A stretch of 64,000 nt of DNA from Acidobacteriota bacterium (lineage in GTDB: Bacteria > Acidobacteriota > UBA6911 > RPQK01 > JAJDTT01). The notes beneath the pieces are model-generated. The model saw only the letters and a list, made by a program, of their open reading frames with translations. It did not search any database and was not told the DNA's origin. Made by a program: the position numbers and the translations under genes. Location of the stretch: NCBI GenBank assembly GCA_965263035.1, contig OZ253580.1, positions 320,001 through 384,000 on the forward strand, read 5' to 3'. The stretch's first letter is position 1; the number at the start of each line of letters is the position of its first letter. Positions 1 through 9,984 of the stretch are shown here, piece after piece.

Positions 1-352
1 CCAGGGTCACCCCCTCGCGGCTCACCGTTTGCACGAATGGATAGAGGTTCACCACCACCAGTCCCAAGGGCTGGATCGCATGTCGGGTCAACACCTCACG
101 ATGATGGGGCAAGTCGTGCCGGGCCAGGATGCCGGCGTGGATCCGGGGGTGCAGCGTCTTGACGCGGCCGTCCAGGATCTCGGGAAATCCCGTGTAATCG
201 GATACCGGCGTCACCTCGACGCCCGACTCCCGCAAGGTCCGGGCCGTGCCCCCGGTGGACAGGCAGCGGATTCCCAGATCGTCGAGTCCCCGGGCCAGGT
301 CCGCCAAGCCATCCTTGTTCGACACACTGATGAGAGCCCATTCGATCTTCAT
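1..352 (-). CDS. purH: bifunctional AICAR transformylase/IMP cyclohydrolase, N-terminal part (runs off window)
   Basis: Manual translation from ATG at 352: [16 protein letters not shown]...LSTGGTA...[23 protein letters not shown]...VVVNLYPF, the canonical PurH MGS-like domain. Confidence 0.93.
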   Translation of the reverse strand, partial: MKIEWALISVSNKDGLADLARGLDDLGIRCLSTGGTARTLRESGVEVTPVSDYTGFPEILDGRVKTLHPRIHAGILARHDLPHHREVLTRHAIQPLGLVVVNLYPFVQTVSREGVTL

Positions 353-448
353 CGCATCTCCATGTAGGAAGATCATGTTAACAGTCCGTGGTGATAGCGG
401 CATTCCCGTCTCCTCGTCAAATTCCGGTTTCTAATTCATAATGGCCGC

Positions 449-1849
449 GTGCCCACTGCCCACGAGACACTGCGCCGGATCCCTTCCGTGGACCTGATCC
501 TGCGCGGGTCCTGCGCGGAATCCCTCTTGGACGAATATCCCCGGAATCTGGTGGTCGAGGAGGTCCGGCACGCCCTGGACCGGCTGCGGGAGTCGATACG
601 CCGGAGCGACGACCCCGACCGGGCGCTGGAGTCGGGACTGGCAGCTCTGGAGCCGGAGTTGGGCGGGTCGCTCCGGAATCGCCTCCGCCCCTCCCTGCGT
701 CCCGTGGTCAACGCCACCGGCATCATTCTCCACACCAACCTGGGCCGCGCCCCCTTGAACGAAGAAACGGCTCAAGTCATGAAGAGTCTCTCCCAGGGGT
801 ACTCCAACCTGGAGTACGACCTCGATCGGGGAAAACGGGGGCACCGGGACCGGCACCTGGAGGAGCAGTTCCGGAGGCTGCTTCCCTGCGAAGCGGCCAC
901 CGCGGTGAACAACAATGCGGCCGCTCTCTTCCTGGTCCTCAGCACCCTGGCCCGGGGCAGGAAGGTGCTGGTTTCCCGGGGCGAGCTCGTGGAAATCGGC
1001 GGATCCTTCCGCGTCCCCTCCATCCTGGAGCAGAGTGGAGCCTCGTTGAAGGAGGTGGGAACCACCAACCGAACCCGGATCGAGGACTATCGTGATGCCC
1101 TGGACGGGGACACGGCTCTCATTCTCAGAGTGCACCCCAGCAATTTCCGGGTCGTGGGATTCAGCCGCCGTCCCGCCCTCTCCGAGCTCGCCGCTTTGTC
1201 TCGGGAGGCTGGTATTCCCTTGCTCAAGGACGCCGGCAGCGGCTACCTCTTCCGGACCTCCCACCCGTCTCTGCGGTCCGAGCCCACGGTCGAAGAGATC
1301 CTGAAGGCGGGCGTGGACCTGGTCTGCTTCAGTGGGGACAAGCTCCTGGGAGGACCTCAGGCCGGCATCGTCCTGGGGAAGCGCTCGCTGATGGAGGCGG
1401 TCCGCAAGAATCCGCTGGCTCGGGTCTGCCGTCTGGACAAAGCCACCTTCGCCGGACTGGAACAGACGCTCTCCCTCTATGAGCAGGGCGTGTACCTGGA
1501 GAGACTTCCCGTCTACCGGATGCTCGGGACCTCCAGCGCCTCTCTGGAAGGCCGGGCCCGGCAGATCCGGAGGGGTCTGGACCCGGGAGCGTACCGGAGC
1601 CGGATCCTGGACGGTTTCTCCCTGGCTGGCGGCGGATCGGCCCCTGAGGAAACCATTCCCACCATCTTGTTGGCGCTCCGCCCCACGGCCTTTTCCTGCA
1701 ACGAGCTGGCCAGACGCCTCCGCCGTGGGTCCCGACCCGTGGTGGCCCGAATCGAGGACGATCGGGTCATCCTGGATCTGCGGACGGTGTTGTCCGAGGA
1801 AGACGAGGTTCTGGTCCAATCCCTGTCCCAGGCGGCGTCGGAAGACTGA
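449..1849 (+). CDS. selA: L-seryl-tRNA(Sec) selenium transferase
   Basis: NATGIILHTNLGRAPL, VNNNAAA, SRGELVEIGGSFR, EVGTTNRT and FSGDKLLGGPQAG (PLP Lys) motifs. Confidence 0.96.
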   Translation: MPTAHETLRRIPSVDLILRGSCAESLLDEYPRNLVVEEVRHALDRLRESIRRSDDPDRALESGLAALEPELGGSLRNRLRPSLRPVVNATGIILHTNLGRAPLNEETAQVMKSLSQGYSNLEYDLDRGKRGHRDRHLEEQFRRLLPCEAATAVNNNAAALFLVLSTLARGRKVLVSRGELVEIGGSFRVPSILEQSGASLKEVGTTNRTRIEDYRDALDGDTALILRVHPSNFRVVGFSRRPALSELAALSREAGIPLLKDAGSGYLFRTSHPSLRSEPTVEEILKAGVDLVCFSGDKLLGGPQAGIVLGKRSLMEAVRKNPLARVCRLDKATFAGLEQTLSLYEQGVYLERLPVYRMLGTSSASLEGRARQIRRGLDPGAYRSRILDGFSLAGGGSAPEETIPTILLALRPTAFSCNELARRLRRGSRPVVARIEDDRVILDLRTVLSEEDEVLVQSLSQAASED

Positions 1850-1850
1850 C

Positions 1851-2678
1851 ATGGCCGAGAACCCCTTGGCTCCACCGCGGGACCGGCAGTTGCTGGAGTT
1901 TTTCTGCCGGCAGTACGGCCTGCGCCCCGGTGAGGATCGGCTCCACACCCTCGGGACCCTGGCCCGGAGCTTCTCCCAGCTGCCTTACGAGAACCTGACC
2001 AAGATCATCCGGAGCTCCCGGAACGGCAAAGGACCGGCCGCACGGCGCCTCCCCACCCAGGTCCTGACGGATCACCGGGATCTGGGAACCGGAGGGACCT
2101 GCTTTTCATTGACGGCGACCCTGCTCCATCTGGTCCGCAGCCTGGGTTTCAGGGCCCAACCGATCCTGGCGGACCGGCACTACGGATCGGACACCCATTC
2201 GGCACTCCTGGTCTGGATCCGGGGGCGCCCCCATCTGCTGGACCCCGGCTATCTGGTGGTCGAGCCGATTCCCTTGCAAGAGAGTCGCGAGGTGGAGGTC
2301 AAGACTCCTTTCAACCGTCTCCTCCTCTCCCCCGAGAGCCCGGAAAGAATGCGTCTCTACACCCGGCAACAGGGCGGGCGGAGTCATCGACTGACGTTCA
2401 AGACCTCGCCCGCCGATCCGGGGCAGTTCCTGAAGGCATGGGACGAATCCTTTTCCTGGGAAATGATGACCCATCCCCTGCTGACCCGGGTTCAAGCGGG
2501 GAAACAGATCTATCTCAACGGCCGGCGGTTGCAGACCCGATCCCACACCGAGGTCGTCCGGACAGAGTTGGACCTGGAGGAGCTCCATTTGCAGATCGCC
2601 GCGACCTTCGGAATCGCCGTGCCCGTGGTCCGCACGGCTCTTGCCATATTGGACGACGCCTCCCGTGGCTCGAATTGA
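1851..2678 (+). CDS. arylamine N-acetyltransferase family protein
   Basis: ATG 2 nt after the selA stop; PYENL, GGTCF (catalytic Cys), THSAL (His) and LLDPG (Asp) give the NAT triad pattern. Confidence 0.8.
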   Translation: MAENPLAPPRDRQLLEFFCRQYGLRPGEDRLHTLGTLARSFSQLPYENLTKIIRSSRNGKGPAARRLPTQVLTDHRDLGTGGTCFSLTATLLHLVRSLGFRAQPILADRHYGSDTHSALLVWIRGRPHLLDPGYLVVEPIPLQESREVEVKTPFNRLLLSPESPERMRLYTRQQGGRSHRLTFKTSPADPGQFLKAWDESFSWEMMTHPLLTRVQAGKQIYLNGRRLQTRSHTEVVRTELDLEELHLQIAATFGIAVPVVRTALAILDDASRGSN

Positions 2679-3201
2679 AGCGGTGGAGCCGGTCAAGCTC
2701 CTGGTGGCCCTCCTCTGGGCCGACGCCCGTTCCCGGGACCTGGCCTTGGAGCGTCTGGAGCTCCGGTGGGGCGCCATCGACTTCAGTGGAGCCGCCCGCC
2801 CGTTCGACGTCACCGACTACTACGAAAAAGAGATGGGACCGTCGCTGCGACGCCACCTCGTGAGCTTCTCCCGAATGATTCCGCCGGAATCCCTTCCGGA
2901 GGTGAAGCTGGCGTGCAACCGGATCGAGGAGCGGCTGGCCCGTCAGGGCCGGCGGAGGGTCAATCTGGACGCGGGTTACCTGGACCACAGCAAGGTGGTC
3001 CTGGCCAGCTTGAAGTTCGCCGGCCAGAAGATCCACCTGGGACAGGGCGTCTACGCCGACCTGATGAGCCGCTACCGGAAGGGCCGGTACCGGCCGCTGG
3101 AGTGGGCGTTCCCCGACTTTCGAGACGGGCGGTACGACGCGGACCTGGCACGGATCCGGGAACTGTACATGACCCGTCGCCGGACAAGGCGCTACGACTA
3201 G
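2665..3201 (+). CDS. DUF4416 family protein
   Basis: GTG start overlapping the NAT gene; TDYYEKEMG, RRVNLDAGY, IHLGQGVYADL and FPDFR pattern; its TAG stop is the IS630 insertion site. Confidence 0.72.
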   Translation: MARIEAVEPVKLLVALLWADARSRDLALERLELRWGAIDFSGAARPFDVTDYYEKEMGPSLRRHLVSFSRMIPPESLPEVKLACNRIEERLARQGRRRVNLDAGYLDHSKVVLASLKFAGQKIHLGQGVYADLMSRYRKGRYRPLEWAFPDFRDGRYDADLARIRELYMTRRRTRRYD

Positions 3202-4419
3202 TACCTATTAACACTTAAAGTTTCGGGTACAGGCTCTTCAGCTTGATCCGTGCATCCTCCGTCTTGAATTGCCAGTTGATCTCGGTTTGCCGTTGATTCC
3301 GATCGCCGACCCAAGCCTCGATCTCGCGTTGCATCTGGGCCAAGCTTGGAATGCGGCGGTCGAGGCATTGTCCGCACAGCGTGCTCAGTTCGATTTCCGC
3401 AATGTTGAGCCAGCTCCCGTGCTTCGGCGTGTAATGGATTTCGAGTCGTTCCGCCAGTTGGCGAGCGTGTCGGGGCTCGTAGGTCGCGTACAGCGATTCG
3501 ATTCCGTGCGTGTTCAGGTTGTCCATGACCAGGACCACCCGCTCGGCCTCCGGATATCGCCTCTCCAGCATGCCCTCAATCCAGCGGGCCCAATCCTGGC
3601 GCGTACGCCGCTCGCCCGCCTCCACATGGCTGCGGCCGGTCAGCGGCTCCACCTCCAGGAAGATCTGCGCGACCCCGTTGCGCACGTACTCGTGCTCGAT
3701 CCGCTCCGGCTGGCCCGGCTCCACGGGCAGCGGCTCCCGCACTTCGCCGATCAACTGCTTGTGGGTCTCATCCATGCAGACCACCGGCCGACGGGGATGG
3801 TAGGCACGGGCATAGACTTCCAAAACGTCCTCCATGCAGGCTACAAATGCGGCGCTGCCCCGCGGCGGGATCCGCCAATACTTCTTCCGATGAGGCTGCA
3901 GTTGGTTTTTTTTAGCGTCCGCTGCACCGTCATCACCGACACCCGCTCGACCCAGCCCAGTTCCACTACTTTCTCCGCCAGCAGGCGCAGGGTCCAGCGC
4001 TTCCGCCCCGGCGGGGCCTGGGAACAGGCCAAGGCGACCAAGCGAGCCTCGAACACACCGTCGAAGATGACTTCCCGCGGCGGCCGCACCCGCCGCTTGC
4101 GCTCCAAGGCGAACTCCAGACCCTGCTCCACAAACCGCCGTTTCAAGCGCTCGACCGTGCGGGTTGAGACGCCCAGCGCCTCGGCCACCCGGGCCACGGT
4201 CCATCCCGGCCCCTCCGACCCGCGGTCGCACAACAATAGAGCCCGTGCGTACAGGAACCGCTTGCCGGTGGTCTTGGTCGCGGCCCGGGTCAATGCCTTC
4301 AATTCCGAGCGCTCTTCCACAGTGAGCGTGACACGATAGCGTGGTGCCATGAGAACCCCTCCTTCCGAGTTCTCCAGCCTCCTACTATAGTATACGACCA
4401 ATTACATGTTATGGGGTAC
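3201..4419 (-). mobile_element. IS630 family insertion sequence
   Basis: Imperfect terminal IRs (GTACCTATTAACA / revcomp GTACCCCATAACA) flanked by duplicated TA (3199-3200 and 4420-4421) in CTAG context. Confidence 0.9.
3215..4350 (-). CDS. IS630 transposase (orfA HTH + orfB DDE joined by -1 frameshift)
   Basis: orfA MAPRYRVTL...RWTLRLLA; A8 slippery run at 3906-3913; orfB has CMDET, VMDNLNTH and SWLNIAEIE DDE motifs. Confidence 0.9.
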
Positions 4420-4421
4420 TA

Positions 4422-4575
4422 GGAGGGGCGACATCCTTGTCGCCCACTGGGAGTGGCGGCTTTCTTGTCGCCTGCTCCTCTGTGTTGCTATGCGATTCGG
4501 TGACCGGAAAGTGTAGAGTGGGGACTCCGTCCCCCCTGCCCCCCTGGTCGGCGACTGGAAAGTCGCCGCTCCCAG
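4422..4575. repeat. REP/BIME-like palindrome cluster (copy 1)
   Basis: GGAGGGGCGACATCCTTGTCGCCC, GGGAGTGGCGGCTTTCTTGTCGCC and inverted GGCGACTGGAAAGTCGCCGCTCCC; related clusters at 22977 and 27676. Confidence 0.7.
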
Positions 4576-4587
4576 CGCGAACGGTTT

Positions 4588-5439
4588 ATGATGTCGCCAA
4601 TGCAAGCAACCAAACGCAGGCTCTCGCTGGCCGCCGGCCTTGTGCTCGCCGTCCAGCTCGCCGCGTGCGTGGGTGCCCCGCCTGGCGAAACGCCGCAGCC
4701 GCCCGCACCGGAGGCCGTCGCCGGCTGGCGGATGGTCGACCTCAGCCACGCCTACGGCGGCGGCACGCTCTACTGGCCGACCGACACCACCGGCTTCAGG
4801 CTCGATACGCTGGCCGAGGGCCAGACGCCGGGCGGCTACTTCTACGCCGCCAAGCAGTTCGCCACCGCCGAGCATGGCGGTACGCACCTGGATGCGCCCT
4901 TCCATTTCGCGCAAGGGGGCGCCACCGCCGAGTCGATTCCCCTGGAGCGGCTCATCCTGCCGGGCATCGTGCTGGACGTCAGCCAGTCGGCAGAGGCCGA
5001 TCCGGACTACCTGGTCACTCCCGATGACGTTCTGGCATGGGAGGAAACCCACGACCGCGTGCCGGCGGGATCGGCAGTGCTGATCAGGACCGGTTGGGCC
5101 GCCCGTTGGCCCGACGCGCTCGCCTACCTCGGCGATGACACACCGGGCGAGACCGGAAACCTGCACTTCCCCGGGATCGGTGAAGCGGCGGCGCGCCTGC
5201 TCGTGGAAGAGCGCGGCGTGGGGCTCCTGGGCATCGACACCGCCAGCGTCGACTACGGTCAGTCGACCGACTTCATCGTCCACCGGATCGGGGCCGCAGC
5301 CGATGTGCCCAACCTGGAGAACGTCGCCGACCTGTCGGCATTGCCACCGACCGGCTTTCTGCTCGCGGCGCTGCCGATGAAGATCGAAGGCGGCACCGGC
5401 GCCCCGGTGCGCATTGTCGCACTGATCCCGCCGCGTTGA
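4588..5439 (+). CDS. cyclase/kynurenine formamidase family metal hydrolase, probable lipoprotein
   Basis: EHGGTHLDAP motif, LIRTGW, GIDTAS, LENV, PMKIEGGTGAPVR; N-terminal LAAC lipobox. Confidence 0.88.
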   Translation: MMSPMQATKRRLSLAAGLVLAVQLAACVGAPPGETPQPPAPEAVAGWRMVDLSHAYGGGTLYWPTDTTGFRLDTLAEGQTPGGYFYAAKQFATAEHGGTHLDAPFHFAQGGATAESIPLERLILPGIVLDVSQSAEADPDYLVTPDDVLAWEETHDRVPAGSAVLIRTGWAARWPDALAYLGDDTPGETGNLHFPGIGEAAARLLVEERGVGLLGIDTASVDYGQSTDFIVHRIGAAADVPNLENVADLSALPPTGFLLAALPMKIEGGTGAPVRIVALIPPR

Positions 5440-5519
5440 CTCGATGAGAGATGCGGGACAGACGCGGAGCCTCGCGGCAGGCTCAATAGACCATAATTCC
5501 CATGCAAAGGAGGACGCAC

Positions 5520-5903
5520 ATGAACGCACAACGCATCAATCCCCCGTCGTTGCCGACGCCGGCCGCCGCTTATTCTCAGGTGGTCCGGAAAGGATCGCTG
5601 GTCACCACGGCGGGAATGATCGCCTTCGACGCCGAGAGCAACCTGGTGGGAGAAGGCGACATCGGCGCCCAGACGCGGCAAACCCTCGACAACCTGCAGA
5701 CCGCCCTGGAAGCGGCCGACTCGTCGCTGGACGACGTGGTCAAGGTCACCGTCTTCCTGAGCGACATGGTCTACTACGAGGGCATGAACGCCGTCTTCAA
5801 CGAGTATTTTGACGGGCGCCCTCCCGCCCGCTCCACCGTCCAGTCGGGCCTGGTCCTTCCTTCGCTATTGGTTGAGATCGAGGCGATCGCCGTGGCGGAT
5901 TGA
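5520..5903 (+). CDS. RidA/YjgF family protein
   Basis: AAGGAGG RBS; YSQVVR, QTRQTLDNL, VVKVTVFL, PPARSTV, LVEIEAIA. Confidence 0.9.
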   Translation: MNAQRINPPSLPTPAAAYSQVVRKGSLVTTAGMIAFDAESNLVGEGDIGAQTRQTLDNLQTALEAADSSLDDVVKVTVFLSDMVYYEGMNAVFNEYFDGRPPARSTVQSGLVLPSLLVEIEAIAVAD

Positions 5904-6034
5904 GGTTGATTCGGTCGATCGGCCCCAACCTGAACTCATCCCCCCAGTCGTTCCACCGAGGCCGCCGACGTCTTGACATGCGCCATCGGGAACGGTAATA
6001 CCATAAATCCAGTCTGGTATTACCGGAGGATGCG

Positions 6035-6274
6035 ATGAATACCGTTTCGTTGAAGGTGCCTGATCCGCTCGCCGCTGAATTGGCCGCGACGGCGCGGCGG
6101 AAGGGCATGAGCAAGTCCGCCCTGATTCGCGAGGCTCTGACCGCGTACCTGAGCAGGTTGGAGACCGATCGACCCGGGTCGGCTCTGTCGCGCGTGGCCG
6201 ATCTCGAGGGCATACTTTGCGGGCCCGAAGACCTGTCGGCGAACCAGGACTACCTGGAAGAATTCGGCCGATGA
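6035..6274 (+). CDS. ribbon-helix-helix (CopG-type) antitoxin
   Basis: TVSLKVP...GMSKSALIREAL RHH pattern; ATGA overlap with a PIN toxin. Confidence 0.8.
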   Translation: MNTVSLKVPDPLAAELAATARRKGMSKSALIREALTAYLSRLETDRPGSALSRVADLEGILCGPEDLSANQDYLEEFGR

Positions 6275-6690
6275 GAAAAGGAGTCATCCTGGACACGGGT
6301 CCGCTGGTGGCATTGTTGAACCGGCGCGACCGGCACCATCGCTGGGCGAAGGACCAATGGGCTGAGATCGCCCCGCCCCTGCTCACTTGTGAATCCGTCC
6401 TGGCGGAAGCTTGCTTTCTGGTCCAACCCTTCGCGGGTGGACAGATGGCCGTGCTGGAAATGGTCCGGCGCAGTGTCTTGGACCTGTCATTTCGCCTGGC
6501 CGAAGAAACCGCCGCCGTCTCCCGGTTGCTGAAGAAGTACCAGGACGCGCCCATGTCCCTCGCGGACGGCTGCCTTGTCCGAATGGCCGAACAGCATCCG
6601 GAGAGTGTCGTCTTCACTCTCGACAACGACTTCAAGATCTACCGCAAGTTTCGGCGGCAACGAATACCGACTCTGTCTCCAACCATTTGA
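6271..6690 (+). CDS. PIN-domain (VapC-type) toxin
   Basis: VILDTGPLVA, VLAEA, SLADG and FTLDNDF carry the PIN acidic residues. Confidence 0.88.
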   Translation: MRKGVILDTGPLVALLNRRDRHHRWAKDQWAEIAPPLLTCESVLAEACFLVQPFAGGQMAVLEMVRRSVLDLSFRLAEETAAVSRLLKKYQDAPMSLADGCLVRMAEQHPESVVFTLDNDFKIYRKFRRQRIPTLSPTI

Positions 6691-6739
6691 GCACCATTCA
6701 CTGTCCTGAATTCGAGAGAATCCCCGGCGTTATCACGAC

Positions 6740-8293
6740 ATGAACCTGTTCGAGAGCAGCGGGGGGCTGGCGCCCATCGACTGGATCATCATCGTCCTCT
6801 ACGCCGCCGGTACCATCGCGTTGGGAAGCTACTACACCCGGCGGCAGACCAACCTGGAGGAGTACTTCACCGGTGGCGGCCGCATGAACCCCAAGCTGAT
6901 CGGGGTGTCTCTCATGGCCACCTCGCTCAGCACCATCGCCTATCTCGCCATTCCGGGTGAGGCCATCGCCAACGGACCGGTGGGGCTCGCCAACCAGCTC
7001 GCGCAGCCTTTCATCTTCCTGGTGGTCGGCTTCGTCTTCATTCCCTATTTCATGCGGAAACGGGTCATCAGCGCCTACGAGTTGCTGGAGGCTCGCCTGG
7101 GTCTGGGGATCCGGATGCTGGGCGCCGCCATGTTTCTCGTGTTCCGGTTGGTCTGGATGTCCCTCCTGATCTTTCTGGGCGCCAGGGCCCTGGCCATCAT
7201 GATGAGCCTGGACGCATCCTGGATTCCCTGGATCACCTTGATCACCGGAATGGTGGCCGTCACCTACACTTCCCTGGGAGGACTCCGAGCGGTGGTCATC
7301 ACCGACAGCTTTCAGACCGTCATGATGTTGGGAGGCGCGATCCTGGTCATCGGGCTGGTGACCTGGCGAGTGGGAGACTTCGGCTGGTTCCCCACCTCCT
7401 GGCAGCCTCACTGGGATGAGCAACCCCTGTTCAGCTTCGACCCTTCCGTCCGGTTGAGCATCCTGGGCACGGCGTTCTCCACCTTCGTCATGGCGACTTG
7501 CGGACTGGTGGGCGACCAGACCAAGATCCAACGCCTGATGGCCACCGTCGACGCCCGGGCCGCCCGGCAGGCCTACCTGGTCAACCAGATCGTGGGAGTG
7601 ACGGTGGTTCTGGTGCTCTGGGTGGTGGGGTTCTCGCTGATGGGCCTGCTCCAGAGCCATCCCGAACTCCTGCCCTCGGGGATCGACATGGTCCGCAACG
7701 GCGACAGCGTGTTCCCTTATTTCATCGCGCATCTGTTGCCGCCCGGGATCTCAGGACTGGTGGCCGCCGCCATGCTGGCCGCCGCCATGTCCAGCATCGA
7801 CTCGGGGGTCAACTCCATCACCGCCGTCGTCAACCGCGACTTTTTGGACCGGTTCGGCTGGCTCCCCTCCGATCCGCGGACCCAGGCACGCTGGGCCAAG
7901 ATCCTGGCCTTCGTCATCGGCGCCGTCGTGGTGGGGGGAAGCGCCTACATGGGGGCCGTCCCCGGCAACATCTTTGCGGTGAGCAAGAAGACCTCCGGAT
8001 TGCTGATGACCCCCTTGTTCGGACTCTTCTTCTTCGCTTTCTTCGTCCCCTTCGCCCGCCCCGCCGGCGTGGCCGCAGGCGCCGTCGCCGGCATGACCAC
8101 GGCGGTCCTCCTGGCCTACTCCGGACCCATCTTCGGCATGCACCCGGTGACGGGAGAGGACCCGGTGAGCTTTATCTGGATCGCCCCCGGGTCCCTGGTG
8201 GTGAACCTGGCCGTAGGACTCGCCGTCAGCTACCTTCTACACGTTCGCCAGATTCGGAGCCCGCGCCGGCCGGGCAATCGTTCCGGGCCGTGA
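6740..8293 (+). CDS. sodium:solute symporter (SSS family)
   Basis: Many TM helices; SAYELLEARLG, YTSLGGLRAVVITD, AAAMSSIDSGVNS. Confidence 0.92.
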   Translation: MNLFESSGGLAPIDWIIIVLYAAGTIALGSYYTRRQTNLEEYFTGGGRMNPKLIGVSLMATSLSTIAYLAIPGEAIANGPVGLANQLAQPFIFLVVGFVFIPYFMRKRVISAYELLEARLGLGIRMLGAAMFLVFRLVWMSLLIFLGARALAIMMSLDASWIPWITLITGMVAVTYTSLGGLRAVVITDSFQTVMMLGGAILVIGLVTWRVGDFGWFPTSWQPHWDEQPLFSFDPSVRLSILGTAFSTFVMATCGLVGDQTKIQRLMATVDARAARQAYLVNQIVGVTVVLVLWVVGFSLMGLLQSHPELLPSGIDMVRNGDSVFPYFIAHLLPPGISGLVAAAMLAAAMSSIDSGVNSITAVVNRDFLDRFGWLPSDPRTQARWAKILAFVIGAVVVGGSAYMGAVPGNIFAVSKKTSGLLMTPLFGLFFFAFFVPFARPAGVAAGAVAGMTTAVLLAYSGPIFGMHPVTGEDPVSFIWIAPGSLVVNLAVGLAVSYLLHVRQIRSPRRPGNRSGP

Positions 8294-8331
8294 ATTCGCT
8301 ACGGTGGCAGGCAGTGCCCCCGTGCGGGGGC

Positions 8332-9954
8332 TCAGCTTCCCAATCGGAAGGAATAGAGCTTCGCGTTCCTGAGCAGGAAGCGGATCTGGATCTTCCGTTC
8401 CTTCAACGAGTTCAGATCCGGTTGACCCTCCCAGCTCATGGTGTGCGACAAGGCGTCGCTTCGGAGCGGTTCGCAGCGGGCGGCCTCGAAGCCGGGCAAG
8501 ACCGAGCCGTTTTCGTCCAGCAACTCGACCCGGACTTCGCCCTGGCCCCCCGGATGTTTCTTCCAGCGGTTCACCTCCCGCCTCCAGACGGAAGGGTCGG
8601 AGGCGTCGGCGTTGACCACGAGACTCCCTCCCCGGCACCAGAGGGTCCGGGTCACGACCTCTCCAGTATCGGCGCCGGCGTCCAGGGAGACGAAGCCGTC
8701 GCGCCGGGCCACCGCCAAGCCGCCCGCGCCGCCGTGCAGAGTCCAGGGCTGGGGCATCACTCCGTACCACCAGGCGGCTCCCTTATAATCGGACAGCGCC
8801 TCTTCGGTCCCCGGAGGCAGCGCTGCAGGCCGGTGGGCCAGGACCGACAGGTCTCCCGGCGTCAGCGAATGGGCCTCGTCCTGCCCCTTGTAGTAGACCC
8901 GGATCTCCTCCTCCAGAACCACCGGCGGGCCGTAGACGTAGATGCCGTGGGAATCGAACCGGTCGGGCATGCCGTAAGTGAGGACGGGATGCCTCTTCCC
9001 CACCCGCTGCCACTCGATCCCGTCCCGGCTGAAGGCCAGTTGGATGTCCACCATGAGGGAATTGGCGTGGTAGACGCTCAGGAACGCAAAGTAGACGCCC
9101 CGATCCTTGAAGACGGAGGCCGTGTAGAACTGGGTGTCCAGCGGATCCTGCTCATCGGGCGCCAGGACGACCTGTTTCTGGGGCAGGTCCCAACTCAGGA
9201 AGTCGGGACTGGTGGACCGGCCGATGACCCGGATGGTGACGTTCCCCATGGCCGCGATGGGAGGGGACGGCAGAGGCCGCAGGAAACCCACGTATTGCTG
9301 GATCCGGTCGTCCCAGATCACCTTCCCGTTGCCGACCTTCTGGTCGATGACGGGGTTCCCCTCGTACGGAGTCCAATGGAGACCGTCGGGGGAGAAGGCC
9401 ACGCCCATGCCCCGGGAGCGGTCCCCGATGCCGATGACCGCCTTGTAGCGCCTCTGGGGATCGGGATCCCGGAGATCGTAGAGGGAGGGCTCATGAACGA
9501 CGGCGTTGTTCTTCAGTCCGTGACCGGGCACCCGGATCAGGCCCAGTTCCGGTTTCTCCCAGACGATTCCGTCTTGCGAAACGGCATAGGCCCGGCCGGC
9601 GCGGGACCGGTCGACGCGCAGGTACTTCTCCCCCGGCTTCTGGTCCCGATCGACGTAGACGTACCACATCTTGTAGAGACGGTCTTTCCGGTCGAAGACG
9701 ACGAAATTGGGCTGAGTGTACTGTCCCTCCCAGGGCCGGTCCGGTCTCACAATGGGGTTCGCGGGATGCTTTTTCAGTGGATTCAGGCGCCGGGTCACCT
9801 GGCGCATCTCCCGGACCACGTGATCGTCCACGAAGAGCTGGAACTGATCGGAGATTTCCAAAGCCTCTTCAGGGGGCGCCCCACCGCCGCACGCGCCCAG
9901 GAGGACGGTAAGGAGGATCCAGGCTTTCCACTTCCCTTCCCGAGTCGTTCTCAC
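8332..9954 (-). CDS. secreted five-bladed beta-propeller glycoside hydrolase-like lipoprotein
   Basis: LGAC lipobox; QLFVDD, repeated SxDGxxW motifs, RRDGFVSL and a C-terminal LYSF typical of GH32/43-like propeller proteins. Confidence 0.6.
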   Translation of the reverse strand: MRTTREGKWKAWILLTVLLGACGGGAPPEEALEISDQFQLFVDDHVVREMRQVTRRLNPLKKHPANPIVRPDRPWEGQYTQPNFVVFDRKDRLYKMWYVYVDRDQKPGEKYLRVDRSRAGRAYAVSQDGIVWEKPELGLIRVPGHGLKNNAVVHEPSLYDLRDPDPQRRYKAVIGIGDRSRGMGVAFSPDGLHWTPYEGNPVIDQKVGNGKVIWDDRIQQYVGFLRPLPSPPIAAMGNVTIRVIGRSTSPDFLSWDLPQKQVVLAPDEQDPLDTQFYTASVFKDRGVYFAFLSVYHANSLMVDIQLAFSRDGIEWQRVGKRHPVLTYGMPDRFDSHGIYVYGPPVVLEEEIRVYYKGQDEAHSLTPGDLSVLAHRPAALPPGTEEALSDYKGAAWWYGVMPQPWTLHGGAGGLAVARRDGFVSLDAGADTGEVVTRTLWCRGGSLVVNADASDPSVWRREVNRWKKHPGGQGEVRVELLDENGSVLPGFEAARCEPLRSDALSHTMSWEGQPDLNSLKERKIQIRFLLRNAKLYSFRLGS

Positions 9955-9984
9955 GGCAGCTCCTTGGAAACGACGCCCTGTGCG

